Both the position numbers and the translations under genes were made by a program. Under the pieces are notes generated by a model, which searched no databases, was not told the origin of the DNA, and worked only from the letters and a program-made list of their open reading frames with translations. From sequence record MT661596.1: a stretch of 64,000 nt of DNA. The stretch is one strand, 5' to 3'. Shown piece by piece: positions 18,639-27,803 of the stretch (position 1 is the stretch's first letter; each line of letters begins with the position of its first letter).

Positions 18639-19886
18639 ATGTCATTTCCTAATGTCAGACACTTGGAAGAAGACCTTACTGGTATAAATCCAAGTAATTA
18701 CATCGACCATGATATTCGTGAAATACCTAGCGCCGCTAACAACCGTGTTATTTGCTTACGTTATGGTAAGTTTTACACAAAGACACTTAAGCTCTTCACA
18801 GCAGATGGTAAGAGCTTAATACCATGGAAACAGTTTAGACCCGTTGCTATGGATGTGGATTTAACAGGGTTGAGCGGAAAGACAGTATCCCAATTTATTG
18901 AAATACTTGACAATAGAGTAATGGGTACAGTTAATGCTAAGTATCAGGCGGTAGGTGGTGAAATTGGTATGGTTAAAGAAGACTTGATAGACATCTATCA
19001 AGCTTATGCGGAGGATAACCGGGATTATTATTGGAAGGACATTCTAGGTAAACCAACAGAGTTTAATCCGTCCCACCACACTCATAAGACCCACGACCTA
19101 ACTAACCAAACTAATGCAGCAGAAGCTTTGGCTAGATTCAGAGCTGTCCTGGCAAATAGAGTGAGTTACCCTGATTTAAAAACACTTAAAGCAGAGCTAG
19201 ATAATATTTCAAAGAGAATTGATTCTGAAAGTATTAATATTAGAAATATTATTCACAATCATGATTCCGACAAAAACAACCCACATAAAAATCAACATGG
19301 AATGACTGAGGGTTTGGAAAACGTTGACAACTTTCCGATGGCATCGCTTGCTATTGTTAAAGAAGGTAAATCAAAAGTGCATTTCGTTTCCCCTAAAACG
19401 GCAACAGATGCAGCTATGACAATCCTACTTAAAAACGATGAATCTGTTGTCCATGTTGGTAAGGTTCCAATGTTACAGTTCGGTGATTTAACAGATAACC
19501 CGATTCCTGTTTCTTTTAATAAATATGTTTTAACAATCCCTAGAGATGTACCTGCTATATTTGGTGGTCGAGAATATCTGGTTCCAGCTTCTGTTATTGA
19601 CATCACTAAATTTGTAGCCAACCCAGCAAACAGAACTTTGTTTATTTACGTAAGGGTTACACCTAGCACTGTTGGGTATGAGATTGCTTCTGAAACAGCT
19701 CCTGAAAAAACAACCTATATCAATGTAGGGTCTATTAAGACAAACGGGAGTGCGATAGTGAGTGCATCTATTAACAAAGTTACCGGGTTAGGTACATTCC
19801 GCGTATCTGAAGAGAAGATTGGTTCCGCCATCGCAGCAACCAAAGGTCTACCATCGCAACCAGGTACATTTGACTGGATAAACTAG
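18639..19886 (+). CDS. tail fibre protein, short paralog
   Basis: 415 aa; anchor domain, NPHK..GLENVDNF motif, conserved C-terminal module. Confidence 0.72.
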   Translation: MSFPNVRHLEEDLTGINPSNYIDHDIREIPSAANNRVICLRYGKFYTKTLKLFTADGKSLIPWKQFRPVAMDVDLTGLSGKTVSQFIEILDNRVMGTVNAKYQAVGGEIGMVKEDLIDIYQAYAEDNRDYYWKDILGKPTEFNPSHHTHKTHDLTNQTNAAEALARFRAVLANRVSYPDLKTLKAELDNISKRIDSESINIRNIIHNHDSDKNNPHKNQHGMTEGLENVDNFPMASLAIVKEGKSKVHFVSPKTATDAAMTILLKNDESVVHVGKVPMLQFGDLTDNPIPVSFNKYVLTIPRDVPAIFGGREYLVPASVIDITKFVANPANRTLFIYVRVTPSTVGYEIASETAPEKTTYINVGSIKTNGSAIVSASINKVTGLGTFRVSEEKIGSAIAATKGLPSQPGTFDWIN

Positions 19887-19895
19887 GAGTAGTTT

Positions 19896-22800
19896 ATGAA
19901 TATCCCATCCCTATACAAGTATAAGCTAGATTACACAGGAAAAGACCCTGAGAATTTAGTGACTGGGGAAAAGCATCACGTTGAACCTGGTGCGAAGAAT
20001 AGAATCTTTGCTGTTAATAACGGCACTTATTTTAGTGAGTCTTTACGCGTATATCAGGATGGGAGACCATTAAAACCCTGGACTGATTATCGCCCTATCC
20101 ATTTCTTTCCAGAAGCCTCAGCTGCCGTTGGTGAAGATTGCACCGTCTTCTTTAAAATTATTAACCAAGCAATTGATGGTGATATTTATATTGACTATCA
20201 GGTTGTTGGTGATAAATACGGGCATAACTCGATTACTATTGAGGACATACTCTGGAGCGCTGTTAATGACGACCGGGGTGTTTGGTTTGTTGATATCGAA
20301 GGCTTGCCGACAGAATGGCCGCCAGCACCTCACATCCATAATGTTTTAGACATTTATGGATGGAATGACCGCATTGATATTGTTGAACGTTACGTCGCAA
20401 TGATTGATGTTGAGCATGATGAGCGTTTAGAAGCGCTACTTATTCATGCTAACAACATTACACGTAAACTCAATAACGTATCAGCTGACGTTAATGAATT
20501 TATTCATAATCACGATATCTCTAACAATAACCCGCATAGAGAGTTAAAAGCCCAAGTTGGTTATGATAAGGTCGACAACTACGCAACTGCTACTAAAGCA
20601 GATGCCATCGAAGGCACTCGCGAAGACCTGCGGTTAACAGTATCAGCAGCAGAAGAGTCGCTTAGAGTTGCGTTCGAGCAATACGAGAAGAACGTTATTC
20701 ACCAGGGTATCTTACCTGTATCTCGTTATGGTAATTTAACATATCTAGAACCAGGTGTAATGGGGTCATACGAAGGTAGTAGTCGGTATAATCAGGTTGA
20801 GCAACGACCTTGTTGTCTTGAACCAGATGGTACTTTAATGAGATTACGACCAGGTACAAATGGAGTAACTATCGGAGTCTATTATGATTACGCCATAAAA
20901 CCGTATGCAAACCCGGTGGTCACTAAGTTAGTTAATACGAACGTCACATACTGGCCCGCTTCTTTAGGTAGTAATTGGAAACCTTATTACTTAGGCAGAA
21001 CAATGTCAGCAAGTGTGTTGTGGGGTTCGGCTTACGATGTTAGTAAATTTCCATCGTTAGTGGGTCGTCCATTCATCGCTATAACGGGTGATACCTTTGA
21101 CCATACAAAACACGTAACTGCATTTTTGGATAACACGTATGACTTATACGGTGGTAAACGTTACGTTAACGGCGAAGCTAAGATTGCATTAATTGGTGAT
21201 AAGGTCTGGTTTGTTGACCACTCGTCGGCATATAGTAGTTCAAGCCCGCTGGCTTTTATAATGGGTTATATACCTGTTAAAGATATTATTGAAAAAGATG
21301 AAGTGAGATGGACACTTTTAGAAGGTCCTATTACATCAAAAGGCACTCCGTTTGGAACGTTAACCGGTGACACCGTTAAAGTGTCAAACTGTCAACGGTC
21401 AAGAAACCCTGACGATAACCCGATGTATCTAGAGGATGGGGTGGCTGAATATAATGTCTACTGGGCTCGTAGTAAATTCTGGCTTAGGTCAGATGATGGC
21501 GGTAAGAACATTTACGTTATTGCATCCTTGAGTTCATGGATAAACTCAGGCGCTAGCACAACAACCCGATATTCTCAATACCGATTCAGCCTAAACACCG
21601 AAACTAAAGTAGCTGAATTCCCAGATAACATAACGCAGGTTAAAGCGTTTTGTATTAACGGGGATAGGCAGAAACTTCGCATAGAAGGTGGTGGTGATTT
21701 GTTTGTGTATGATTCTACACTACAGGCAGGAACTGAGGCACATCACCATAATTCCGGCGACTACTATGTGTTTAATGATGGTACGGCTTTCATGGATGCG
21801 TCAGGTGCATCCCTTAATGCGTATAGAACATACACCTTAAGTAAGTTTAGTGACCTTAGCTTAGCCAATATGTGGAGCACTCGCCGTAAGGGGTGGACCA
21901 AGTATCAGACGAGACCGGATTTAACCTCGTTTGGTTCAGCAGCTAAGAATACTTTAATACGTCCTTTATGGAGAGGTGGTAATAAGTATAGCTGTATAAC
22001 TGTTAATGAGTCTAATAACGAAGAACGTATTTTCTTTGAGACTGAAGGCGGTATCGATTACAGCTACCCTATACTTAACTATAAAACTGTTAAAGGGTAT
22101 AAACCAACAAGCAAACGCAGCGTGCCTGGCTTAGGTGTTGTGTTTATAGCAACGCATTATTGGGATGGTAGCAAGTTAACATTCTTTGGTGGTTGGGGTG
22201 TTAATGGTTACAACATTAACTCAAGACCTTACACCTTTGGTGATGACTTGTTAAAGAACACTGATAAAACAGTGAATGTTGACCGTGTTGAATTACACAC
22301 TAAAGTCGGTCTTTTTATTGAAGCTATTAAAAGTGATTTGAAGCAACACGATTCAACCGCAGACCAATGGTTACAGTGGAACGCGGAGATGTTTGCACAC
22401 GATATCCCAGGTAAGCCGTTTATCATCACGATTAAGTATCGCTACAGACATCCGACACAAAGTGGTATGTCAAAAACAGCATGTATCATTGTCACTGCTG
22501 ACTATAAAGGCGACCGCACCGGTAATATAAGTGGTTATGTTATCGATAAAAGTAACTACACATTTACTATACTACAGAGTGCGGCTACAGGTATTGGTCA
22601 GTCAACAGCAAATGCATCTGGTTTGATTGTGTATAAAACTACGGATGGTAAAGGTTACATTGTTAGTGTTCACGGTACATACACAGACTACCACACAACG
22701 AACCAGGGTCAGTCGATAGTTATGCTGTTAATGGATAACAACTTCAGACAAGTCCCTTATTCAAGGTGGGTTCTTTATTCAGCAGCAAATACTGGTATAG

Positions 22801-23360
22801 TGCATAACCACCCTGTGTTAAATCACGATAAAGGTTTTTGTGTAACTAGTGTTGCTTTAGGTGATGGTGCCCGTGGTACATGTATGGGTCTTTTTACTGT
22901 GGGTAAAACATTCGATGATTACTTTGCTGCGAAAGATGGAACAAGGGAGCGTGATGATTTTGTTTTACTTGGTCAAGAAGTAGAGCAAGGTTGGTTAGTT
23001 TACTTCACTGAAGATACACCGGTTATCATCAACGGTCGTGAATACACTATACCTGCTACATCTATTGACTTAAGAACAATAAAAGCAAACCCAAAAAATA
23101 CAACTTACTATGTGTACGTTGTTCAAGACCATGGGCAGGCTTTTTACCGTATATACGAAGGTCAGCAAAACGCAACAATGACAAGAATGTATATAGGGAC
23201 AATAGTCACAGGTGAAAATCAAATCAAATCTATCAACATTACTAAGCGGTCTCGGTTAGGGAAGTATCAGATATCAGACCGTATAGCTGGTTCTTCAATA
23301 CCTGTATCAACCGGACATCCGTTTAAGAAAGGTTATTGGGATTGGTCTTCTGATAACTAA
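19896..23360 (+). CDS. tail fibre / receptor-binding protein, long paralog 1
   Basis: 1154 aa; anchor domain, NPHRELKAQVGYDKVDNYATA, large beta-rich insert, conserved C-terminal module. Confidence 0.78.
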   Translation: MNIPSLYKYKLDYTGKDPENLVTGEKHHVEPGAKNRIFAVNNGTYFSESLRVYQDGRPLKPWTDYRPIHFFPEASAAVGEDCTVFFKIINQAIDGDIYIDYQVVGDKYGHNSITIEDILWSAVNDDRGVWFVDIEGLPTEWPPAPHIHNVLDIYGWNDRIDIVERYVAMIDVEHDERLEALLIHANNITRKLNNVSADVNEFIHNHDISNNNPHRELKAQVGYDKVDNYATATKADAIEGTREDLRLTVSAAEESLRVAFEQYEKNVIHQGILPVSRYGNLTYLEPGVMGSYEGSSRYNQVEQRPCCLEPDGTLMRLRPGTNGVTIGVYYDYAIKPYANPVVTKLVNTNVTYWPASLGSNWKPYYLGRTMSASVLWGSAYDVSKFPSLVGRPFIAITGDTFDHTKHVTAFLDNTYDLYGGKRYVNGEAKIALIGDKVWFVDHSSAYSSSSPLAFIMGYIPVKDIIEKDEVRWTLLEGPITSKGTPFGTLTGDTVKVSNCQRSRNPDDNPMYLEDGVAEYNVYWARSKFWLRSDDGGKNIYVIASLSSWINSGASTTTRYSQYRFSLNTETKVAEFPDNITQVKAFCINGDRQKLRIEGGGDLFVYDSTLQAGTEAHHHNSGDYYVFNDGTAFMDASGASLNAYRTYTLSKFSDLSLANMWSTRRKGWTKYQTRPDLTSFGSAAKNTLIRPLWRGGNKYSCITVNESNNEERIFFETEGGIDYSYPILNYKTVKGYKPTSKRSVPGLGVVFIATHYWDGSKLTFFGGWGVNGYNINSRPYTFGDDLLKNTDKTVNVDRVELHTKVGLFIEAIKSDLKQHDSTADQWLQWNAEMFAHDIPGKPFIITIKYRYRHPTQSGMSKTACIIVTADYKGDRTGNISGYVIDKSNYTFTILQSAATGIGQSTANASGLIVYKTTDGKGYIVSVHGTYTDYHTTNQGQSIVMLLMDNNFRQVPYSRWVLYSAANTGIVHNHPVLNHDKGFCVTSVALGDGARGTCMGLFTVGKTFDDYFAAKDGTRERDDFVLLGQEVEQGWLVYFTEDTPVIINGREYTIPATSIDLRTIKANPKNTTYYVYVVQDHGQAFYRIYEGQQNATMTRMYIGTIVTGENQIKSINITKRSRLGKYQISDRIAGSSIPVSTGHPFKKGYWDWSSDN

Positions 23361-23363
23361 ATC

Positions 23364-23400
23364 AGCATATAGAGGAGAGGGTGACCTCTCCTTTTTATAT
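23364..23400 (+). terminator. intrinsic terminator
   Basis: GGAGAGG-GTGA-CCTCTCC followed by TTTTT. Confidence 0.7.
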
Positions 23401-23412
23401 AGGTAAATAAAG

Positions 23413-26400
23413 ATGACTGACATTAAAGTTAACGCACTTGGTAATAGCGGGACGTGGGGTGAGTTTTATACAAACCTAGAACTTCTAAGTCTGCACTTTG
23501 CTAATGGCTTTTTTGATAAGTATGATTTAGCGCGGGCGGTTGTATTTAAAATAGATACAGATACAACAACAGCACTTAATAAATCAATGGTAGCTGCCAC
23601 AACACATGTAAGTAAGAGAGGTAATGTACACCGTGTTAATAACTGGCAGGTTGGGTTGGGGTTAGTAGACAACTACGCCACAGCAACCGATGAGCAAGCT
23701 TCAGAAGGTGGTCATGACGATTTATTTATAACACCTAGTGGTTACACGTTGCTGGCTGGTAAAATATTTGGTGACTTTGAAGACAAGGTGCATCATCAAG
23801 GTATTAACCCAATTTCTTCTTATGGCGATATGACCTTCCTACCGCCTGACGTGTATGGGTCTTTTGAAGGTTCTGTTGCCGGGTTAGGTTATGACAGCTC
23901 GTGTATGTTAATGGAAGATGATGGAACGTTAACAGGGTTGCGGTTTGGCACTACAGGTACGACATCAGGGGTTTATTATTTTTACAAACCAAATGCAGAA
24001 TATTCTATTGGTAACGAGCCGCCGATAAGGTCTAACTATAAATACTACCCATCTGGCATCCCTGATGGGTTGCTCATGGGAACACCTTACCCGTGCTGTA
24101 GTGAAGGTGTGCTTCTTATAAACCTTCTTAGACCTCAGGATAATCCAGCTAGCGTCGATACTATTTTATCACTCACTAACGGTACACTAGACCAAACTAA
24201 ACACTACTCAACAGCGATTAGTATGTTTTCTGGCTCAGGAATATTATCCAAAAACTATGTAAATGATGCTATGTGTGGTTTTATACATAATGGGTATGTC
24301 TATATAGTTACTGGTCCTGGTAACAATATCTCTTGGGATGTTGAGTATACATATACAGTAAGTCGCGTTAAAATATCTGATATAAAAACAAAGGATATAT
24401 CCCCCGTTGAGCGTGTAACAGGCTGGACAAGTATCGGGTTTAATGATGTTAAATATATTGGTGACAACATTAAAATGGCCGAAATGAACGTCAGCCATAA
24501 CCAAAAAGATAACTCTGCCGTTTATCTAGAATTGACTAAAGAAGACGGTACGTTAGGCACAGCATACGGGCCGTCAAGAGTTAATAGGTTCCAGGGGTTT
24601 ACACACCCTAAGAAAAGCAATCTAGTGCGAATAGCATATAACACCGCCTTTTATGCTACAAATATATACGGTAACGGAAGTCATTTATACTACACGTTAT
24701 ATACAGAAATTGATTTAGATGCCAAAACATCTAAATTATTTGGGGAGACAAATAAAATCAGTGTCACATGGCCTGATAAATCTAAGGGGTTGGTAACCTC
24801 TGTCCCAAACCCGACCAACGCCATCAAGACAGTTGGTTACGGTAGACATGACTGGGGACCGTACCTAGTATCTAATAACGGGTTTATATTCGCAAAGGCT
24901 ATGGGTAATGAGCCAGAGAGCTCGCCTGAGTATTATCGGGCTAGAATCCTCAACTTCTCAACAGTATATGACTCACTACCTACGGTTAATCGGAAAGTAA
25001 TACCGGATTTAAGATTACCAGACCCAATGTCATTGGGGTCAGCGATGTCTACGGTTCCTGCCGGTCCCGTTATCTTTAACAATAAAATTATGACCTTCTT
25101 TCAAGCAGGTATGGTGGGTAATTACCCTATATCAGACGCCTCTATTTGTAGAACAAAATTAGTTGGTACTCACGATGGGTTTATTTACACTTCATATAAG
25201 GGGGGTTCCAGGAGAGGGTATGCGCCAACAGTGCAACGTAAGTTCATAAAAGAGGCCCCGTCTAAGAGATATTCATCTGATGTATCTAGTGACTATAACT
25301 ATAGAGTGCATGGTGTAGTCCTGATGACTAACTCCGGTAGTACGGTTTATGACACTATAGATGATGAGTTTGTATCAAGTGGTGTGGTGAGTTATAACCA
25401 TAAAGAGTTAAGTGCTTTAACACTGGCTGCTGCAAAAGAGGTTGTGGGTGATAGAGAAATACACACCTATGAAGGTGGGTTGCATTTATCTAGAAATCAA
25501 AAGTTTCCACCAATACTAACTGCCTGTGTTATTGTTAAGAGCTTAACAGCTGGGTATGATGCATTCACGTTCATATCAGAGGTGGATTATACGGGGCCTA
25601 GAAGCGGTAATATCTCGGGATATAAGCACAGCAGAGTTATAAAGTCTGTTTACGAGACTAACCGCAGAGGCTCCGTTAACTATCATGACGCTGTCAGTGC
25701 TGATTTAGTCACGTTTGAGACAAAATCTGGTGATATTCTATTTGGAGTTCGAGGTACGTATAGCGCGGCTACGTATGGCGGCTCTAACGGGTATGTATTT
25801 TGTGGCGTTGTCCCAAAAAACACAAACAAAATTGATATAAGTAGTATTTTAGTTAAGGAGGGTGGATATTTTAGACGCCAGTCATTATGGAGCCCTGTTG
25901 TTGTTCCTGATGTCGGACTCTGTTTAGTTGACGGTGGTATCAACTCAGAGTTCTCTTTTTGTGCTTTGGGATGTCGTGTACTTGGCGACAACACGGATGA
26001 TTATAAATCTAGAAGACGGTTCAACGAGATTATAATCCTAGCAGCACAGCAGGTGGAGCAAGGTTGGTTAGTTTACTTCACATCTGAGTCACCTCTATTT
26101 ATGATGGGGTCTGAGTTCACGTTACCACAAACACACATTGATTTACGTGATGTGGCTAACGACCCTCGCAATAAAACCTTCCATCTGTACTGTCGCCTAA
26201 AAGACCAAAAGGCTGAATATTACATCACAACAGAAGAGCATAACCCGACTATGTCACTTATGTATATTGGTGATATCATTACTGATGATACACAAATAAA
26301 GACTATCAATGTTGATAAACGAATACGTTTAGATACATTCCAGATATCGCCTTCTCGTGCTGGTTCCGGTATTCCTGTCACTACCGGGGTTCCTTCTCAG

Positions 26401-26424
26401 GTCGGTAGTTTTGCTTGGAAATAA
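23413..26424 (+). CDS. tail fibre / receptor-binding protein, long paralog 2
   Basis: 1003 aa; QVGLGLVDNYATA, same insert boundaries and C-terminal module as 19896, no N-terminal anchor. Confidence 0.78.
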   Translation: MTDIKVNALGNSGTWGEFYTNLELLSLHFANGFFDKYDLARAVVFKIDTDTTTALNKSMVAATTHVSKRGNVHRVNNWQVGLGLVDNYATATDEQASEGGHDDLFITPSGYTLLAGKIFGDFEDKVHHQGINPISSYGDMTFLPPDVYGSFEGSVAGLGYDSSCMLMEDDGTLTGLRFGTTGTTSGVYYFYKPNAEYSIGNEPPIRSNYKYYPSGIPDGLLMGTPYPCCSEGVLLINLLRPQDNPASVDTILSLTNGTLDQTKHYSTAISMFSGSGILSKNYVNDAMCGFIHNGYVYIVTGPGNNISWDVEYTYTVSRVKISDIKTKDISPVERVTGWTSIGFNDVKYIGDNIKMAEMNVSHNQKDNSAVYLELTKEDGTLGTAYGPSRVNRFQGFTHPKKSNLVRIAYNTAFYATNIYGNGSHLYYTLYTEIDLDAKTSKLFGETNKISVTWPDKSKGLVTSVPNPTNAIKTVGYGRHDWGPYLVSNNGFIFAKAMGNEPESSPEYYRARILNFSTVYDSLPTVNRKVIPDLRLPDPMSLGSAMSTVPAGPVIFNNKIMTFFQAGMVGNYPISDASICRTKLVGTHDGFIYTSYKGGSRRGYAPTVQRKFIKEAPSKRYSSDVSSDYNYRVHGVVLMTNSGSTVYDTIDDEFVSSGVVSYNHKELSALTLAAAKEVVGDREIHTYEGGLHLSRNQKFPPILTACVIVKSLTAGYDAFTFISEVDYTGPRSGNISGYKHSRVIKSVYETNRRGSVNYHDAVSADLVTFETKSGDILFGVRGTYSAATYGGSNGYVFCGVVPKNTNKIDISSILVKEGGYFRRQSLWSPVVVPDVGLCLVDGGINSEFSFCALGCRVLGDNTDDYKSRRRFNEIIILAAQQVEQGWLVYFTSESPLFMMGSEFTLPQTHIDLRDVANDPRNKTFHLYCRLKDQKAEYYITTEEHNPTMSLMYIGDIITDDTQIKTINVDKRIRLDTFQISPSRAGSGIPVTTGVPSQVGSFAWK

Positions 26425-26430
26425 TTAAAC

Positions 26431-26476
26431 TGGCATAAAGGTAGCTCCATGCGGAGCTACCTGCCTTTTATGCCGA
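26431..26476. terminator. bidirectional stem-loop, CATA/TATG family
   Basis: GGTAGCTCC-ATGC-GGAGCTACC with GGCATAAA/TTTATGCC arms; convergent genes. Confidence 0.8.
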
Positions 26477-27529
26477 TTAACCAATAGAAGGTTTTTGGGT
26501 GCTCCCTTTACCTGTTTCCACACCTGGGTGAGTGTGACCAGGTAATGTAACACCTTGTGATGATACAACACCTGTAGTTGTAAAGTTTCCGTCAGAGGTA
26601 GCCGAGCCACCAGTTAATGTTAACGGTCCATTTAATGTGATACCACCAGGGGCGTTGATACCGGCTGTTGTTGTGTTTACCACCCATGACGTTGTTGCAG
26701 ATATTGTCATGTTGTCCGTGTTCTCAGTGATTGATTTATCTGCGTTAACAGTATAGTCCTGAGTGTTTACGATGTAACTTTGCTTAGCATCGAATTGCAT
26801 AGTCTCTGCTGTAAACTGGATATGTTTACCTGCCGTTAATTTAAAAGTATCAACAGCAATAACTTCGATGTTATCTTTATCAATTTTAAACAAGCACTTG
26901 TTTGTATTGGTTATTGACCACAACGCTTCAAGGGAATCTAAAACAAGAGAATTATCTAAGTCATCCGCTATAGATACCTTACCATTACCAAAATCCAGTT
27001 TAGCAACATACTGTATGACTTCACCATTTGCTTTAGAGTTTGATATCATTAAGTGTTTCTTATGAGAACTCCACTCAATGAAGTACCAGTCTAAGTCATT
27101 GATTGCTTTATTTTCTTTTGTAGCGGGTGTTCCTGATATAGCCCAAACAATAGTTTCGAGTCTACGTAGGTGGTCGTCAAGTCCTAGTTCAGTCCACCAA
27201 TACTGGTCTTCGTCACCTACCTGCCAAATAACAACACGCTCACCAGGCTGTACATCAGGCGGGGTAACACGGTTTGATTTATAAGGTAGCCATGTACATG
27301 GTAGTGTTGTATTTGTAACAACTTTATCTTGTACATCATCCCCTTGTGAGTTTTTTGATTGATACTCTACTACGTTTGGATTGACTTCAGCACCACCCGA
27401 CATGTAGGGCATTTTCTCACGAGGGATAACGTGAACGATACGTTGGTCCTTTGGGTCAACTGTAGAAACAACACCTTGAGAAATTCTTCTCAAAGCTGAC
27501 ATTGAGTGCATGCCTTTTTCTTCACTCAT
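26477..27529 (-). CDS. baseplate central spike (gpV/gp5-like)
   Basis: OB-fold-like N-terminus (PPDVQPGERVVIW), beta-helix repeats, terminal GHTHPGV HxH metal motif; AAGGTG SD favours ATG 27529. Confidence 0.82.
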   Translation of the reverse strand: MSEEKGMHSMSALRRISQGVVSTVDPKDQRIVHVIPREKMPYMSGGAEVNPNVVEYQSKNSQGDDVQDKVVTNTTLPCTWLPYKSNRVTPPDVQPGERVVIWQVGDEDQYWWTELGLDDHLRRLETIVWAISGTPATKENKAINDLDWYFIEWSSHKKHLMISNSKANGEVIQYVAKLDFGNGKVSIADDLDNSLVLDSLEALWSITNTNKCLFKIDKDNIEVIAVDTFKLTAGKHIQFTAETMQFDAKQSYIVNTQDYTVNADKSITENTDNMTISATTSWVVNTTTAGINAPGGITLNGPLTLTGGSATSDGNFTTTGVVSSQGVTLPGHTHPGVETGKGSTQKPSIG

Positions 27530-27594
27530 CTGAATCACCTTGTTAAAAAATAATTAGTTTAGATATCGTATAGACTTTAATCGGAGATAATACA

Positions 27595-27792
27595 ATGTAT
27601 CAAGTTTTTGAAATTACAGCAGCCCCGCAACCCCACCCTGAGTGGTTAAAGAACGCAATCATGAGTCGTCGTATTAAGGTAAAAGGTTCTAGTGTGTCAG
27701 ACCAACGTCAATACATCATGGGTAAGGAAACCGCCGGTGTTGGCGATTGCATTGTTAATGACAACGGGTCTATTAAGTTTTCTAAAAAGTAA
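27595..27792 (+). CDS. small hypothetical protein
   Basis: 65 aa, GGAG SD. Confidence 0.65.
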   Translation: MYQVFEITAAPQPHPEWLKNAIMSRRIKVKGSSVSDQRQYIMGKETAGVGDCIVNDNGSIKFSKK

Positions 27793-27803
27793 TAAGGTAA
27801 ATT

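Noticed and set aside
19896-26424. Diversity-generating retroelement acting on the fibre C-termini
   Set aside because: No reverse transcriptase in the window, and the shared C-termini differ at all base types rather than at adenines only
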